Part shown: positions 50,095 through 61,161 of the stretch, in pieces
Numbering within the stretch: the stretch's first letter is position 1
How the letters are laid out: every line of letters begins with the position of its first letter
Assembly (NCBI GenBank): GCA_964016885.1
Contig: OZ024742.1
Span: 117,800,001 to 117,864,000 of the forward strand
Length of the DNA: 64,000 bases
Direction of reading: 5' to 3'
Source: Eledone cirrhosa
Taxonomy: Eukaryota
The notes under the pieces: model-generated
What the model saw: the letters and a program-made list of their open reading frames with translations, nothing else
The model's database searches: none
What the model was told of the DNA's origin: nothing
Made by a program: the position numbers and the translations under genes

Positions 50095-52375
50095 CACTGG
50101 TCAACAAAAAAATATTCATTTCATGGTTCTGGTATAATTTAGTATGATTCTAGGGTAATCAAGTGTGCAGAATCTGAATATGACAATGGTTAAGCTGTAT
50201 CGGGTCTAGTTTTCGAGAACCAGCATATCCATGTTTATGACCCATAGCTATGTGGCTTATATTACTTCATCCAATTGTATCCACTATATTTAGTTGTTAA
50301 CTAATTTATACTTACTGCTTTTGTTTCAGATCACAGAATTGTAACTATCCTCAGTTATTCTTGGATAATTCACAACAACTTTGACTAGTGGGAGAGATGG
50401 AACGCCGGAAATGTGTAAATGACCCGGACCGATTTTGCTATATTTGTGGACTCTTTACCCCAGAAAGCATAAAAAAAACAATCACAAAAGCAGTTCGAGT
50501 AAACTACAAATGCTACTTCAAATGTCCATTAGGAGACCAGGACAAGAAATGGGCGCCTCATATAGCGTGTAGGTCATGTGTTAATGACCTAAGTGAATGG
50601 AAGAATGGGAAACGAAGCTCTGGTTTGCCATTTGCCGTACCAATGGTGTGGCGAGAACCAAAAGACCACAATAACGATTGCCACTTCTGTCATATAAACA
50701 TCCAAGGAATAACTGTGAAGACACGAACTATACTTCAATACCCCGATATCTCGTCAGCAATCCGACCTGTACTTCACAGGGACGAATTACCTGTTCCAGT
50801 TCCACCTGCTGAACACGAGCTAATCCCTGATTCTGATTCCAGTAGCACCCCTATTGATGTTGACTATCAAGACTAACATGAGACAAGTGAACCCATACCA
50901 TTTAACCAGGAAGCTCTTGACGATCTCATTAGAGACCTACATTTGTCTAAAGAAAAGGTACAGCTCCTGGGATCAAGACTGAAGCAACGAAACCTGCTGG
51001 AACCTGGCGTCCGCATTACAACCGCTCGTCATCGTCATAAACAAATTTCAGCATTTTTCAAAATGGAAAATAACCTTTGCTATTGTCATAATGCAGATTC
51101 TCTCATGCAACAACTCTGTAAATCTGATTCATACAAACAAGATGAGTGGAGGTTGTTCATTGATTCAGGAAAAAATACTCTAAAAGCAGTCCTTCTCCAC
51201 AATGGAAATCGGCTTCCCTCCGTACCAATTACACACGCAACAAATATGACTGAGAATTATGAAACTATGAAGACTTTGTTTTCCTCAGTTCAGTACCAGA
51301 AGCACCAGTGGAAAATTTGTGGAGATCTCAAAGTAATTAGTCTACTTCTACGTCTTCAGACTGGTTACACAAAGCATATGTGTTTTCTATGTTTGTGGAA
51401 TAGTAGAGCAGATGCGGAGCACTACATGAAGAAGGATTGGCCAACAAGACCAAAGGATGCACCCGGTAGATTCAACTGTCTGTACAAACCTCTCGTGGAT
51501 CTAGAAAAAGTATTCCTCCCTCCATTACATCTCAAATTAGGCTTGGCCAAAAACTTTATTAAAAGCATGGATCATACAGGTAATAGGTTTCAGTACTTGT
51601 GTAAGAAATTGGGTAGAGTGGTATCTGAAGCAAAGTTAAAAGCAGGGGTTTTGAATGGTCCTCAGATTCGTATGCTGGTTAATGATAGTGAGTTTACGAA
51701 AATACTAAACCCTTTGGAGACTAATGCATGGAAATCATTTGTAGATGTGACACAGAACTTTCTTGGAAACCACCGTGCAGACAACTATAAAGAAATTGTT
51801 GAAAAAAAGATACAAAATTATCGCGCTCTGGGTTCACGAATGTCGTTGAAGCTTCATTTCTTCCATTCTCATCTGGATTTCTTCCCAAGTAATCTAGGAG
51901 ACATCAGTGATGAATATGGAGAGAGGTTTCACCAGGACATTGCCATAATGGAGAGTAAGTATCAGGGTCAGTTCAATCCCAACATGATGGGCAACTACTG
52001 CTGGACACTGCAACGTGAGGAGAGCCAGCAAAACAAGCGTAAAAGCAAAATCCAGAAATTGTTTTAGAAATGTTTTGAAATATTTTGTTATGTTCAGAAT
52101 GTTGTTCAGAAATGTTTTGTTAATATACTAAGTGTTACAAAAATAAATAAAAATATCTTTATATATTTTTTATTAATAAGTTAATATGTTTATATCTAAG
52201 TCATCATATGTTACACAATGGATAAATAATGCAATACGAGAAACATATTTTCGATCCCATATTAAGGTATTCTGGTCTGATAGCAAAAAATGAATATCAA
52301 AACTAAATTTAGTGCTATGAAATTAGTAAGATGCACATATTCACATGTAAGAACCAATTTGGCTGTTGACCAGTG
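50095..52375 (+). mobile_element. Chapaev3-type (CMC/CACTA superfamily) DNA transposon, full length
   Basis: TIRs CACTGGTCAACA / TGTTGACCAGTG with 3-bp flanks ATA/TTA and an internal transposase. Confidence 0.85.
50397..52067 (+). pseudogene. Chapaev3-like transposase with one in-frame TAA at 50874-50876
   Basis: FCYICG, WAPH..C..C, PMVWREP.DH..DCHFC, WRLFID, GDLKV, CFLC, PPLH.KLG, SDE.GERFHQD. ORFs 50388-50876 and 50943-52067 are in the same frame. Confidence 0.88.
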
Positions 52376-52404
52376 TTATCAGGGCTAACATTTTTACGAA
52401 ACTA

Positions 52405-52680
52405 AGCACACAACACACACACAAACAAGATGGCGTAGGACAGAACAAAGGAGAGGCACAAAAACAAAGAAAAGAATCCCCAGTCACTGAAGAGGTCACA
52501 GAATGTGTGACGAAAGAACTTTGACAATATATGAACAATCATCTGGTTGTGGAACCAACCAACCAACCGGAAATTTATAAATTCCTAAATTTATAAATTT
52601 AATTTATAATAAATTGAAGTGAAAGCAACTGGTGCGTGTGTTTCTTATTGTCAACATGACCCTCCCAAAGTATAACAATA
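52405..52680 (+). mobile_element. Solo Penelope pseudo-LTR related to the 39.5-44.6 kb element
   Basis: ATGGCGTAG motif, a hammerhead, and an end just after ATGACCCTCCCAAAGTATAACAAT (ORF start MTLPKYNN). Confidence 0.8.
52483..52525 (+). ncRNA. Minimal type I hammerhead
   Basis: GTCA CTGAAGA g GTCACA gaatg TGTGAC GAAA GAAC TT TGAC. Confidence 0.8.
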
Positions 52681-52687
52681 TATATAT

Positions 52688-52988
52688 TCATCAGAAGAAA
52701 GAATGAGAAATTAGAAAGATTGATGGGACGGGCAGGGCGGAATCGGAAAAAATGTTTTTAATGTTTTTAAAATGTTTTTTTAAAATAACAGGTCCATTCA
52801 TTTTACTATCTCTTAGAAAACTGTCGATGCTGGCGTTTCGTGTATGATATACTTTTTTTAGAAAAGTGGATGATGGAACGCGTCTACATGAAATGGAAAA
52901 AAAAAAAACGTTTTGTATATAAAACTATACGTGTGTGCGTGCTTATGCGCGCGCGTGTGTGTGTATGTGTTATTATACGTCCGTACAA
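52688..52988 (-). mobile_element. Truncated copy of a hammerhead-bearing repeat (same family as 53920-54285)
   Basis: Shares CAGAAGAAAGAATGAGAAAT...ACAGGTCCATTCA...GTGGATGATGGA.CGCGTCTAC...TACGTCCGTAC. It breaks right after TCTTCTGATGA. Confidence 0.7.
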
Positions 52989-52990
52989 AG

Positions 52991-53638
52991 CTCGTTACCT
53001 TGTCCCAGCTTTTGTCTATATGCAGGTCCGGTCCAAACTAGACTCCGAGTAATTCAACCGGTCCGTCCGTCCGTCCGGCGTCCGACGACGCTGTTGGACG
53101 AAATGGACCTGCCACTCCAGGTACCGAGCTGCAGGCCCACCGACTTGTCCTGGTTAATCTTTGCTCCTGTATTCTCTTAGTGTGCTGCCGATTGCCTCGA
53201 TGTGTTTGGCGTTCGACACCACTACGGTGACGTCATTGGCATAAGCTGACATGGTTCTCCTGCATCCCAGTTCGCGCGGGATGCCCCTCAAAGTCACCAG
53301 TTTGTGCGGTAATGGCTCCAGAGTCAATACATACAACAGGGACGAGAGGGGACAATTTTTGCGGACAGAGCGCATGAGGTTGAAAGGTTCCGAAAGGTGA
53401 CCGTTCACTCTCACTACAGAACATATGTCGCTGTGCATGGCAGCAACCCACCCTCTGTAAACGGGCACAGAAGCCGGCCGCCATGTACTGCTCATCGACT
53501 CTATCGAAAACTCTCGATTGATCTAAATCGATCAGCCGCCCCCCCCCTTCCGTGCCAGGTGCTTTAGTTATCCTCTCCACAATGTATCGCATGAGGTGGT
53601 GGTTGTCTTGGATGGATCTCTTGGGAATGGCACATGTG
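52991..53638 (-). mobile_element. Internal RT fragment of an older Tx1 element
   Basis: TCAIPKRSIQDNHHLMRYI, DLDQSRVFDRVD, CPLSSLLYVLTLEP, AYANDV. Confidence 0.85.
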
Positions 53639-53845
53639 AGCACACAACACACGAAAAGAAGATTGTGTAGGACAGAAGAAAGTAGAGTCACGAAATAACA
53701 AAGAGGTCATAGAATGTGTGACGAAAGAGATTTGACAATAACCAACAGGTTATTCAACCAACCAATCGGAAATTTGTAATAAATTTAAGTGAAAACCAAC
53801 AGGTGCTTGTGTTTTTATCGGCAGCATGACCCTCTCAAAGTATAA
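53639..53845 (+). mobile_element. Second solo Penelope pseudo-LTR (hammerhead core disrupted)
   Basis: AAGAGGTCATAGAATGTGTGACGAAAGAGATTTGAC ... ATGACCCTCTCAAAGTATAA, then (TA)n. Confidence 0.75.
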
Positions 53846-53853
53846 ATATATAA

Positions 53854-53919
<66 letters not shown>

Positions 53920-53922
<3 letters not shown>

Positions 53923-54285
53923 AAAGGTAAACAGAAATAACAATACGATCGGTACAGTATATGGAAGGAATATATTAGGTTAACGCTTGAAATAGCGGGA
54001 AGAGGGTCTTAACGTTTCGGACGCTAGTCCTTCACCAGAAGAAAGAATGAGAAATAAGATAGATTGAGGTGACGGGTGGGTTGGAATTGGAAAAAATGTC
54101 TTTTGATAAAAATTACAGGTCCATTCAGGTTGACATCTCTTGCATGATTTATTCTTTAGAAAAGTGGATGATGGAGCGCGTCTACCTGAATTGGGAAAAA
54201 ACCGTTTTGTAAAAAGAACTATACTTGTGCACGTACGTAAGCATGTGTTTGTCTGTGTGTGTGTTATCATACGTCCGTACGAAGC
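53920..54285 (-). mobile_element. Hammerhead-bearing non-coding repeat
   Basis: Homologous to 52688-52988 and contains the hammerhead at 54007-54042. Confidence 0.7.
54007..54042 (-). ncRNA. Minimal type I hammerhead (core variant CTGGTGA)
   Basis: TCTT CTGGTGA a GGAC tagc GTCC GAAA CG TT AAGA. The paralogue at 52688-52698 retains CTGATGA. Confidence 0.7.
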
Positions 54286-54647
54286 GAAGAAGAAATGTGT
54301 GTGTATATGTAAGTAAACGAGTGTGTGTGCATGTAAGTACGAAGCTATGAGCAAAAGTATGTTAATATAAGGGTGTGTATGTGTGTATACAGAGCAGTGA
54401 AGGGAAAATCGGAGTGTGCATCTTTTGTCGGTCTGTATATATATATATATTTATATTGTCACTTTATGTATATATATATAAAGTGACACTAAGAATTGCA
54501 GCAATTCATATTGTCACTTTATATACACTCTGCAAACTACAGCCGTCTTAAACTTGGAGCACAACCCAACAAGAGACGGACCCCGTAACATCATTGAGTG
54601 CTTCGACTAGCGTCACCGCTAGTAAGCACAAGTTACTCACATAATAA

Positions 54648-54694
<47 letters not shown>

Positions 54695-54698
54695 CAAA

Positions 54699-54814
54699 GG
54701 AATTGTGGTAAGGGACCAGATGGACCATAACGCACCAGAGTACTCAATACTTAGGGTAGTAGAGTGGGAAATAGGAAAAAGTATGACCCCGACGGCAGAG
54801 CTCAAGCCGTTTCG

Positions 54815-54819
<5 letters not shown>
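54699..54819. repeat. About 120-bp dispersed repeat embedded in (TA)n; rearranged copy at 36189-36324
   Basis: GGAATTGTGGTAAGG...GAGTGGG followed by AGGAAAA.GTATGACCCC.ACGGCAGAGCTCAAGCCGTTTCGACGGC. Confidence 0.7.
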
Positions 54820-54889
<70 letters not shown>

Positions 54890-55752
54890 AGACATTCCAC
54901 CCAAAACATGCCAGTGTAGAAAGTGAAAATCGTAAGAATTTTTTTCATTTAACATCTGTATGTTTAGCTTGACAATTCCAATTACATGCGCCAAGCCGAC
55001 TTTGAAATGCAAACTTGGGGGTTTGTTTTATATTTTGATTTTTTGTGTATGAGATCCACTACCACCACAAAAAGTAAAAAAAAACAAACTCTGAAGTGTT
55101 CCTCACCCCAACCAAGTTCTGAATCCGACCCTGAATATGAAACCGAAACCCTATTCTTGTATCTTTTTGTACATAAGGTGTCAGAGCTTTCAAAAGAGAA
55201 ATAAATGTTTTAAGCAGACTGCTGAATGATATGAAATAATTAAATAGTAATTCGGAAAACACATAATCTTTAAAGCAGTTTGGTAATGGATCATGCATTT
55301 AACATATTTTCGTCATTTATATACGTATAAAATGTGTACCAATATGATATATATATGATGTATATGCATTTAGTTGTATATGTTACATAAATAAGTATAT
55401 ATATATATATATATATATCTATATATATATATATATATATACCTAAGCTAAATATTGATGCAATTCAATTCAAGCACTCAACGTACTTTTTCCACATAGG
55501 AGTGACGGAGTATATTTAGAATAAGAAAATGCGAAGTAGTTTCAGGTGTTAAAGTTCTTTAATGATAATGCTGTGATACATATTTCAATGACGACATTGA
55601 CCACACGCTTCGGTGTACCCAGTGCCGTGACATCATCAGACAGCTTCTTACATAATAGGGTTATGTTCCCGAGGCAATCCGAATTGAATCGACAAGGGAA
55701 CAGACAAAGCGGGTGTTCTTGAATCATTCGCCCGTATATATATACACACAAA

Positions 55753-55793
<41 letters not shown>

Positions 55794-55798
<5 letters not shown>

Positions 55799-55910
55799 TT
55801 GAAAAAAAATGAAAACGAAATTTCATTTCTCACTCTTAGTATGGCACTTACTTAAATGTAAGTATGTATGTATACGTACATACATATATGTATACAGACG
55901 TACAGTAGCA

Positions 55911-55996
<86 letters not shown>

Positions 55997-56112
55997 TGCT
56001 ACTGTACGTCTGTATGCATATATGTATGTACGTATACATACATACTTACATTTAAGTAAGTGCCATACTAAGAGTGAGAAATGAAATTTCTTTTTCATTT
56101 TTTTCAACTTAT
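55794..56112. repeat. About 320-bp near-perfect palindrome centred on (TA)n
   Basis: 55794-55912 is the reverse complement of 55994-56112 with very few differences. Confidence 0.92.
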
Positions 56113-56428
56113 CGTTTTCGGTATGCCTGACCGATTTAACTCACTCAATATGCAAATTAGGCTGCTCAGCCGTTAATTTTCATAAGGAAAGTATATACTT
56201 TCGAACGTTCAACTATCTGGCAGATGGGTAAACGGTGCTGATGATAGCTAACAAGCTTGAAACTAGTACATCGTTCCTGTGTCAGTGTTGAACAAAAAAG
56301 TGACGTGGTTGCCTTAACACCGTATGGCATAAATTCAGGCTGTTCAGTTTGTTGACAAACGAACAAAGCGGCGTTATAATAAGCGTCCGCTAAACTGATG
56401 CGTGCATATATGTATGTGTACCTGTATG

Positions 56429-56466
<38 letters not shown>

Positions 56467-56525
56467 TGCTACTGTACGTCTGTATACATATATGTATGTA
56501 CGTACGTATACATACATACTTACAT
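55994..56525 (+). mobile_element. Retrozyme-like repeat, a little over one tandem unit
   Basis: Unit start GCATGCTACTGTACGTCTGTAT recurs at 55994 and 56464. Hammerhead at 56231-56275. Confidence 0.75.
56231..56275 (+). ncRNA. Type I hammerhead ribozyme motif
   Basis: AACGGTG CTGATGA tAGCT aaca AGCTt GAAA CTAG TA CATCGTT: 7-bp stem I and a GUA cleavage triplet. Confidence 0.85.
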
Positions 56526-56552
56526 ATATATATATATATATATATATATACT

Positions 56553-56631
<79 letters not shown>

Positions 56632-56766
56632 ATATGTGTGTATGTATGTACGTTTGTACATACACATATACATACATATATACATTCATACATGCATACA
56701 AACATCATGATGATGGCTGCCACCTCGTTATCGAGTATGGCCATTGCACGATATAATATTATTTAT

Positions 56767-56885
56767 TCTGAGTTCAAATCCGCCGAGGTTGACTTTGCCT
56801 TTCATCCTTACGGGGTCGATAAAATAAAGTACCAGTAATGCACTGGGTAATTGGTGGCCTTGTGCCCAAAGTAGAAACAATTATT
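56767..56885 (+). mobile_element. 5'-truncated SINE copy
   Basis: TCTGAGTTCAAATCCGCCGAGGTTGACTTTGCCTTTCATCCTTACGGGGTCGATAAAATAAAGTACCAG. Confidence 0.85.
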
Positions 56886-57232
56886 TATAATTATCAATTA
56901 ATTCTATCGTGCAATGCCTGTGCGTGAATATTTTTTTTAAAGTGAGGAAAGACTGTGCACTGAGCCTATCCCACTCCTGAGCGACAGTAGCAATATACAG
57001 AAAAGAAGAAAAGGTCAACATTATCGGTAACTACTGAGTTGCTGGTTTTATGTTGGAGTTATCCCAGTTTCCTGAGTTGCCTTCTCCTAGAAGAATGCCC
57101 TGACAAAGGCTAGGGGTCCTTCACACCCAGTGGTTTACCGTGCAATCGGGTATCCAGCTCGATTATTTATGTGTCCCCGCGCATATACATACACATGCAT
57201 ATATATATTCAAACGCACACACACACACACAC

Positions 57233-57265
<33 letters not shown>

Positions 57266-57299
57266 TGTATGTATGTATGTATGTATGTATGTATGTATG

Positions 57300-57356
<57 letters not shown>

Positions 57357-57579
57357 CCATACATACATACGTACATATATGATGGCTGTCCCCTCGTTAT
57401 CGAGTATGGCCATTGCTCGAGGAAAAAAAAACAAATATATATACATATGTATTAATAACAATAATAATAATAATAACAACAATAATAATAACGACAACAA
57501 CAATAATAATATACATATACATATATATATACACACACACGCACACACAGAAACATACCTATACACACACACACACACG

Positions 57580-60500
57580 ATTGCAACTAACAGCACTGCG
57601 ATCGAATGTGGCTTTTTGGCCCAGCCAATGATCTAAAATGTCTTGCACAGAGTCGGCAACCAACCAAAACATTCACTGGGAATAGCCGGCTGTGGTTGGA
57701 GTTCATGTACTTTTGCATGTCGCTTGAGCCCTCCTGCTGATTTACATTCTCTACCACATGCTTGGCAAGCATGATGAGTAGCATCTCCAACAGCATCCTG
57801 GTAGTTAACCACTGGTCTTACTTTATGACTGCGAAGATGACTTTAGTTCAGCTATGCTTAGGCAGAGTCTCGCACAGACGCTGCATGTCAGCACCATAGG
57901 AGGACCCTCTCCGTCTGGAAGTGCAACAGCAATGCCCTTCCTCACATCCCGTTTTACTTTCTCGTATGCGATTCGAAATGCCCCAAAGGCAACTTTTCCC
58001 TCAAATACAGTCTTTCTCCATTTATTACGATCAGCAGTAATATTTTCCCATGTATCAGCAGAGATGTTAGCATCTTTCAAAGAGGCTTTCAAGGAATTCT
58101 TATGCCTCTTTTTTGGTTTATGTGGCGGTCGTTTTCCTTTAACTAACTCTCCATAAAAGAGTTGTTTTGGTATTCTAGAATCCTTTATCCTAGCAAGGTG
58201 ACCACTCCAACGGAGTCGTTGCTTAAGCACGAGAGCTTCTATACTGTCACACATAGAGCTTTCCAAAATCTGGATATCACTGATGTCGTCCCTCCAGGGA
58301 ACGCCATGGATCCGTCTGAGACACATCTGATGGAAACGCTCCAATTGCTTAAGGTGGTGTCGATATGTGACCCAGGTCTCGCAGGCATAAAGAAGAGAAG
58401 AGAGCACACATGCCTTGTACACCTTTACCTTTGTCTTCTTGCATATGTCTCGCCGACCCCAGAGTCGCCTTTCTAGCTTTCCGAAAGCATCACTTGCTTT
58501 CCTAATCCTAAGTGAGATTTCACTATCAAGGTTGCCGTATCGATTGACAGTGCTTCCCAAGTAGACAAACTGATCAACCACTCTAAGTCGTTTACCATAC
58601 ACATAGATATTTGGTTCACTGTACTGCTTACCAGGGGCAGGTTGGTACATGACGACGGTTTTCTTGAGACTGACAGTCAATCCTAGGGCAGTGCAAGCGT
58701 CAGAAAATGCATTCAAAATGTGCTGCATACCACCCTCTGTGTGCGCTACAAGATCGCAATCATCTGCATACAAGAGGTCTCTTATGATTTATGTAAATAC
58801 TTTTGTCTTTGCAGCAAAGCGCCTGATATTAAATATGCTGCCTGAGGTTCGATATCGGATGTAAACACCATGCTCGCAATTCCTGAATGCAATACAGAAA
58901 ACCATTGCAAAGTATATGGCAAACAGGGTCGGTGCTGGAATATCCCCCTGTTTCACTCCATTCTTTACTGAGATAGGCTCCGACATGTTACCTCCGACAT
59001 TAACCCAAGCCTTCATGTCGTCATGGAAAGACTTAACTAAAGCAAGGAACTTATCAGGGCAACCAAGTTTCTGGAGAACCTTCCATAATGCATTTCTGTT
59101 AACAGTATCGAAAGCTTTTGTCAGATCGACAAAAACCTGATACAGATCCAAACTTCTCCTGGAGCTGTCTAGCTGAGAAGATCATATCAGTAGTGCCGCG
59201 TCCAGCACGAAAACCAGATTGACTTTCAGGAAGAACACAATCTGCAATGTGTGTCAGCAGACGGTCCAGAAGCACCCTACATAAAACTTTCCCTACGACA
59301 GAAAGCAATGATATACCTCTGTAGTTCCCACAATCATTCCTGTTACCTTTTCCCTTGTACAAGACCACCATTACTGCATCTCTCCAGTCCTCAGGTACGG
59401 ATTCATTAGCCCATATCCTGCCAAACAAAGAGTGAAGATGTTGCAGGAGTCTCTCACCACCATATTGTAGGAGCTCAGCATGTATGCCATCCATACCTGG
59501 AGACCTTCCACTGTTCAGCTTCGAGATAGCCACTGCAACCTCCACAAGCGTCGGAGGTTCTGCGAGAGCTACTTTCACAGGACTTTCTGGAATGAGATTG
59601 AGGAAATCTTCATTGACGACAGACGGCTGATTCAAAAGATCATCAAAGTGCTCTCGCCACCTTCGTAGAATTCCTTGTGAATCACGAAGAAGTTCTTTGC
59701 CATCCTTGCTGCGAAGCGGTGTCACCAGAGAAGAAGACGGTCCATAAACCTCACGCAAGAGACTGTACAACAGATTTGTGTTATTGGAATCTGACGCAGC
59801 TTGTATCTCACCAGCCTTCTCACTCCACCACTGATCCTTCATATGAGAAGGACTCCGCCTAACACGTGATTTTACATCCTTGAGTTCCTCATGCAACGTA
59901 TTCCTCTCCTGTGGTTTTGCCGTCAAGTAGCGTGACAGAGCACGCCTCTTATCAGCCAACAAGTCTTCTATATGTACATCATTCTCATTAAACCAGTCCT
60001 GATGTTTTCTCTGCACCAGTCCCAGAACACGCCTGCCTACACCATAAACCGACTTTTTAAGGGTCGGCCAATTCTCACCAAGATCTGCAACCTGCATCTC
60101 TTTTTCCAATGTCCTCTTCACATTTTTATCCTTAAGACGAGCAGCATTCAATCTTTTGGGCAGGGCAACACCAGGAGCCCGCATTTTACGTTTAGTGATT
60201 AGTTTCACTTTTGCGCGTACCAGGCGGTGGTCCGTCCAGCACTCAGCTCCACGAAGAGCACGAACACACTGCACATCCTGTCTGTCACGTATTCCAAAAG
60301 ATGCCATTCCTTAGATGCAGGATGCATCCATGTGGTCTTGAATTTGTTCTTTTGTTGGAACATGGTGTTGGTAACACGCAGATCCAACTCCTCACACATA
60401 TGCAACAGGTGCATACCATTGTTGTTACACTTTCCCACCCCATGCCTTCCGATTACATTCCATATGTTAAAATCCCTAACCACTCTAGCATTAAAGTCAC

Positions 60501-61103
60501 CAAGCACGATGACTTTGTCTGCCTGAGGGATATTTCTTAAAACACCTTTCAAGGCATGGTAAAAGGACACTTTTTCTTCATCGACAGAATTCATAGTTGG
60601 AGCATACACACTCACCAGGGTCGCCTATCTTCCTTTGTCCAGCAGAACTCCCATGGAATTAAGACGCTCACTAATCCCTACGGGGAATTCTTCTAATTTA
60701 TTCACATGAACAGTCTTAACAGCAAATCCTACCCAAGCCTCTCTACTGGTTCCTTCATCTCTTCCTTTCCAGAAGAATGTATATTCTCCACAAAATTCTG
60801 TAAGATGACCATCTCCAGCTAACCTCGTCTCAGATAAAGCCACGTGTCGAGATCGTAACGTCGAAGCTCCTTTGCAACAAGAGCGGTCCTTCGTTCAGGA
60901 CGCTCCAAGGAATCCCTGTCAAGCAGCATCTGTACGTTCCAGCAGCCAAGACTAAATGACTTGTTTGGCTCTATTACAATGGCACGATGACGAGCGGGCC
61001 CAGACTGTGATAACATAGGGCCCCTGCCCTTATTGCCAATTATCTTTTTTGTTCCAGAACCTAAATTGCCAATTATCTCTTTTATATTGTTCTGGAACAT
61101 CAT
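57580..61103 (-). mobile_element. RTE-clade LINE (APE + RT), near full length, frameshifted
   Basis: GCWNV, ALSETRL, SVYAPT, LGDFNARV, WTDHRLV, NYRGISLL, PESQSGFR, FVDLTKAFDTV, GVKQG, YADD, RLRWSGH, and terminal C2H2-like motifs. Confidence 0.92.
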
Positions 61104-61161
61104 TGAATTGGGGGGAAAAAAAAAGTAATAATAATAGTAACAATAATAATAATAATAATGA

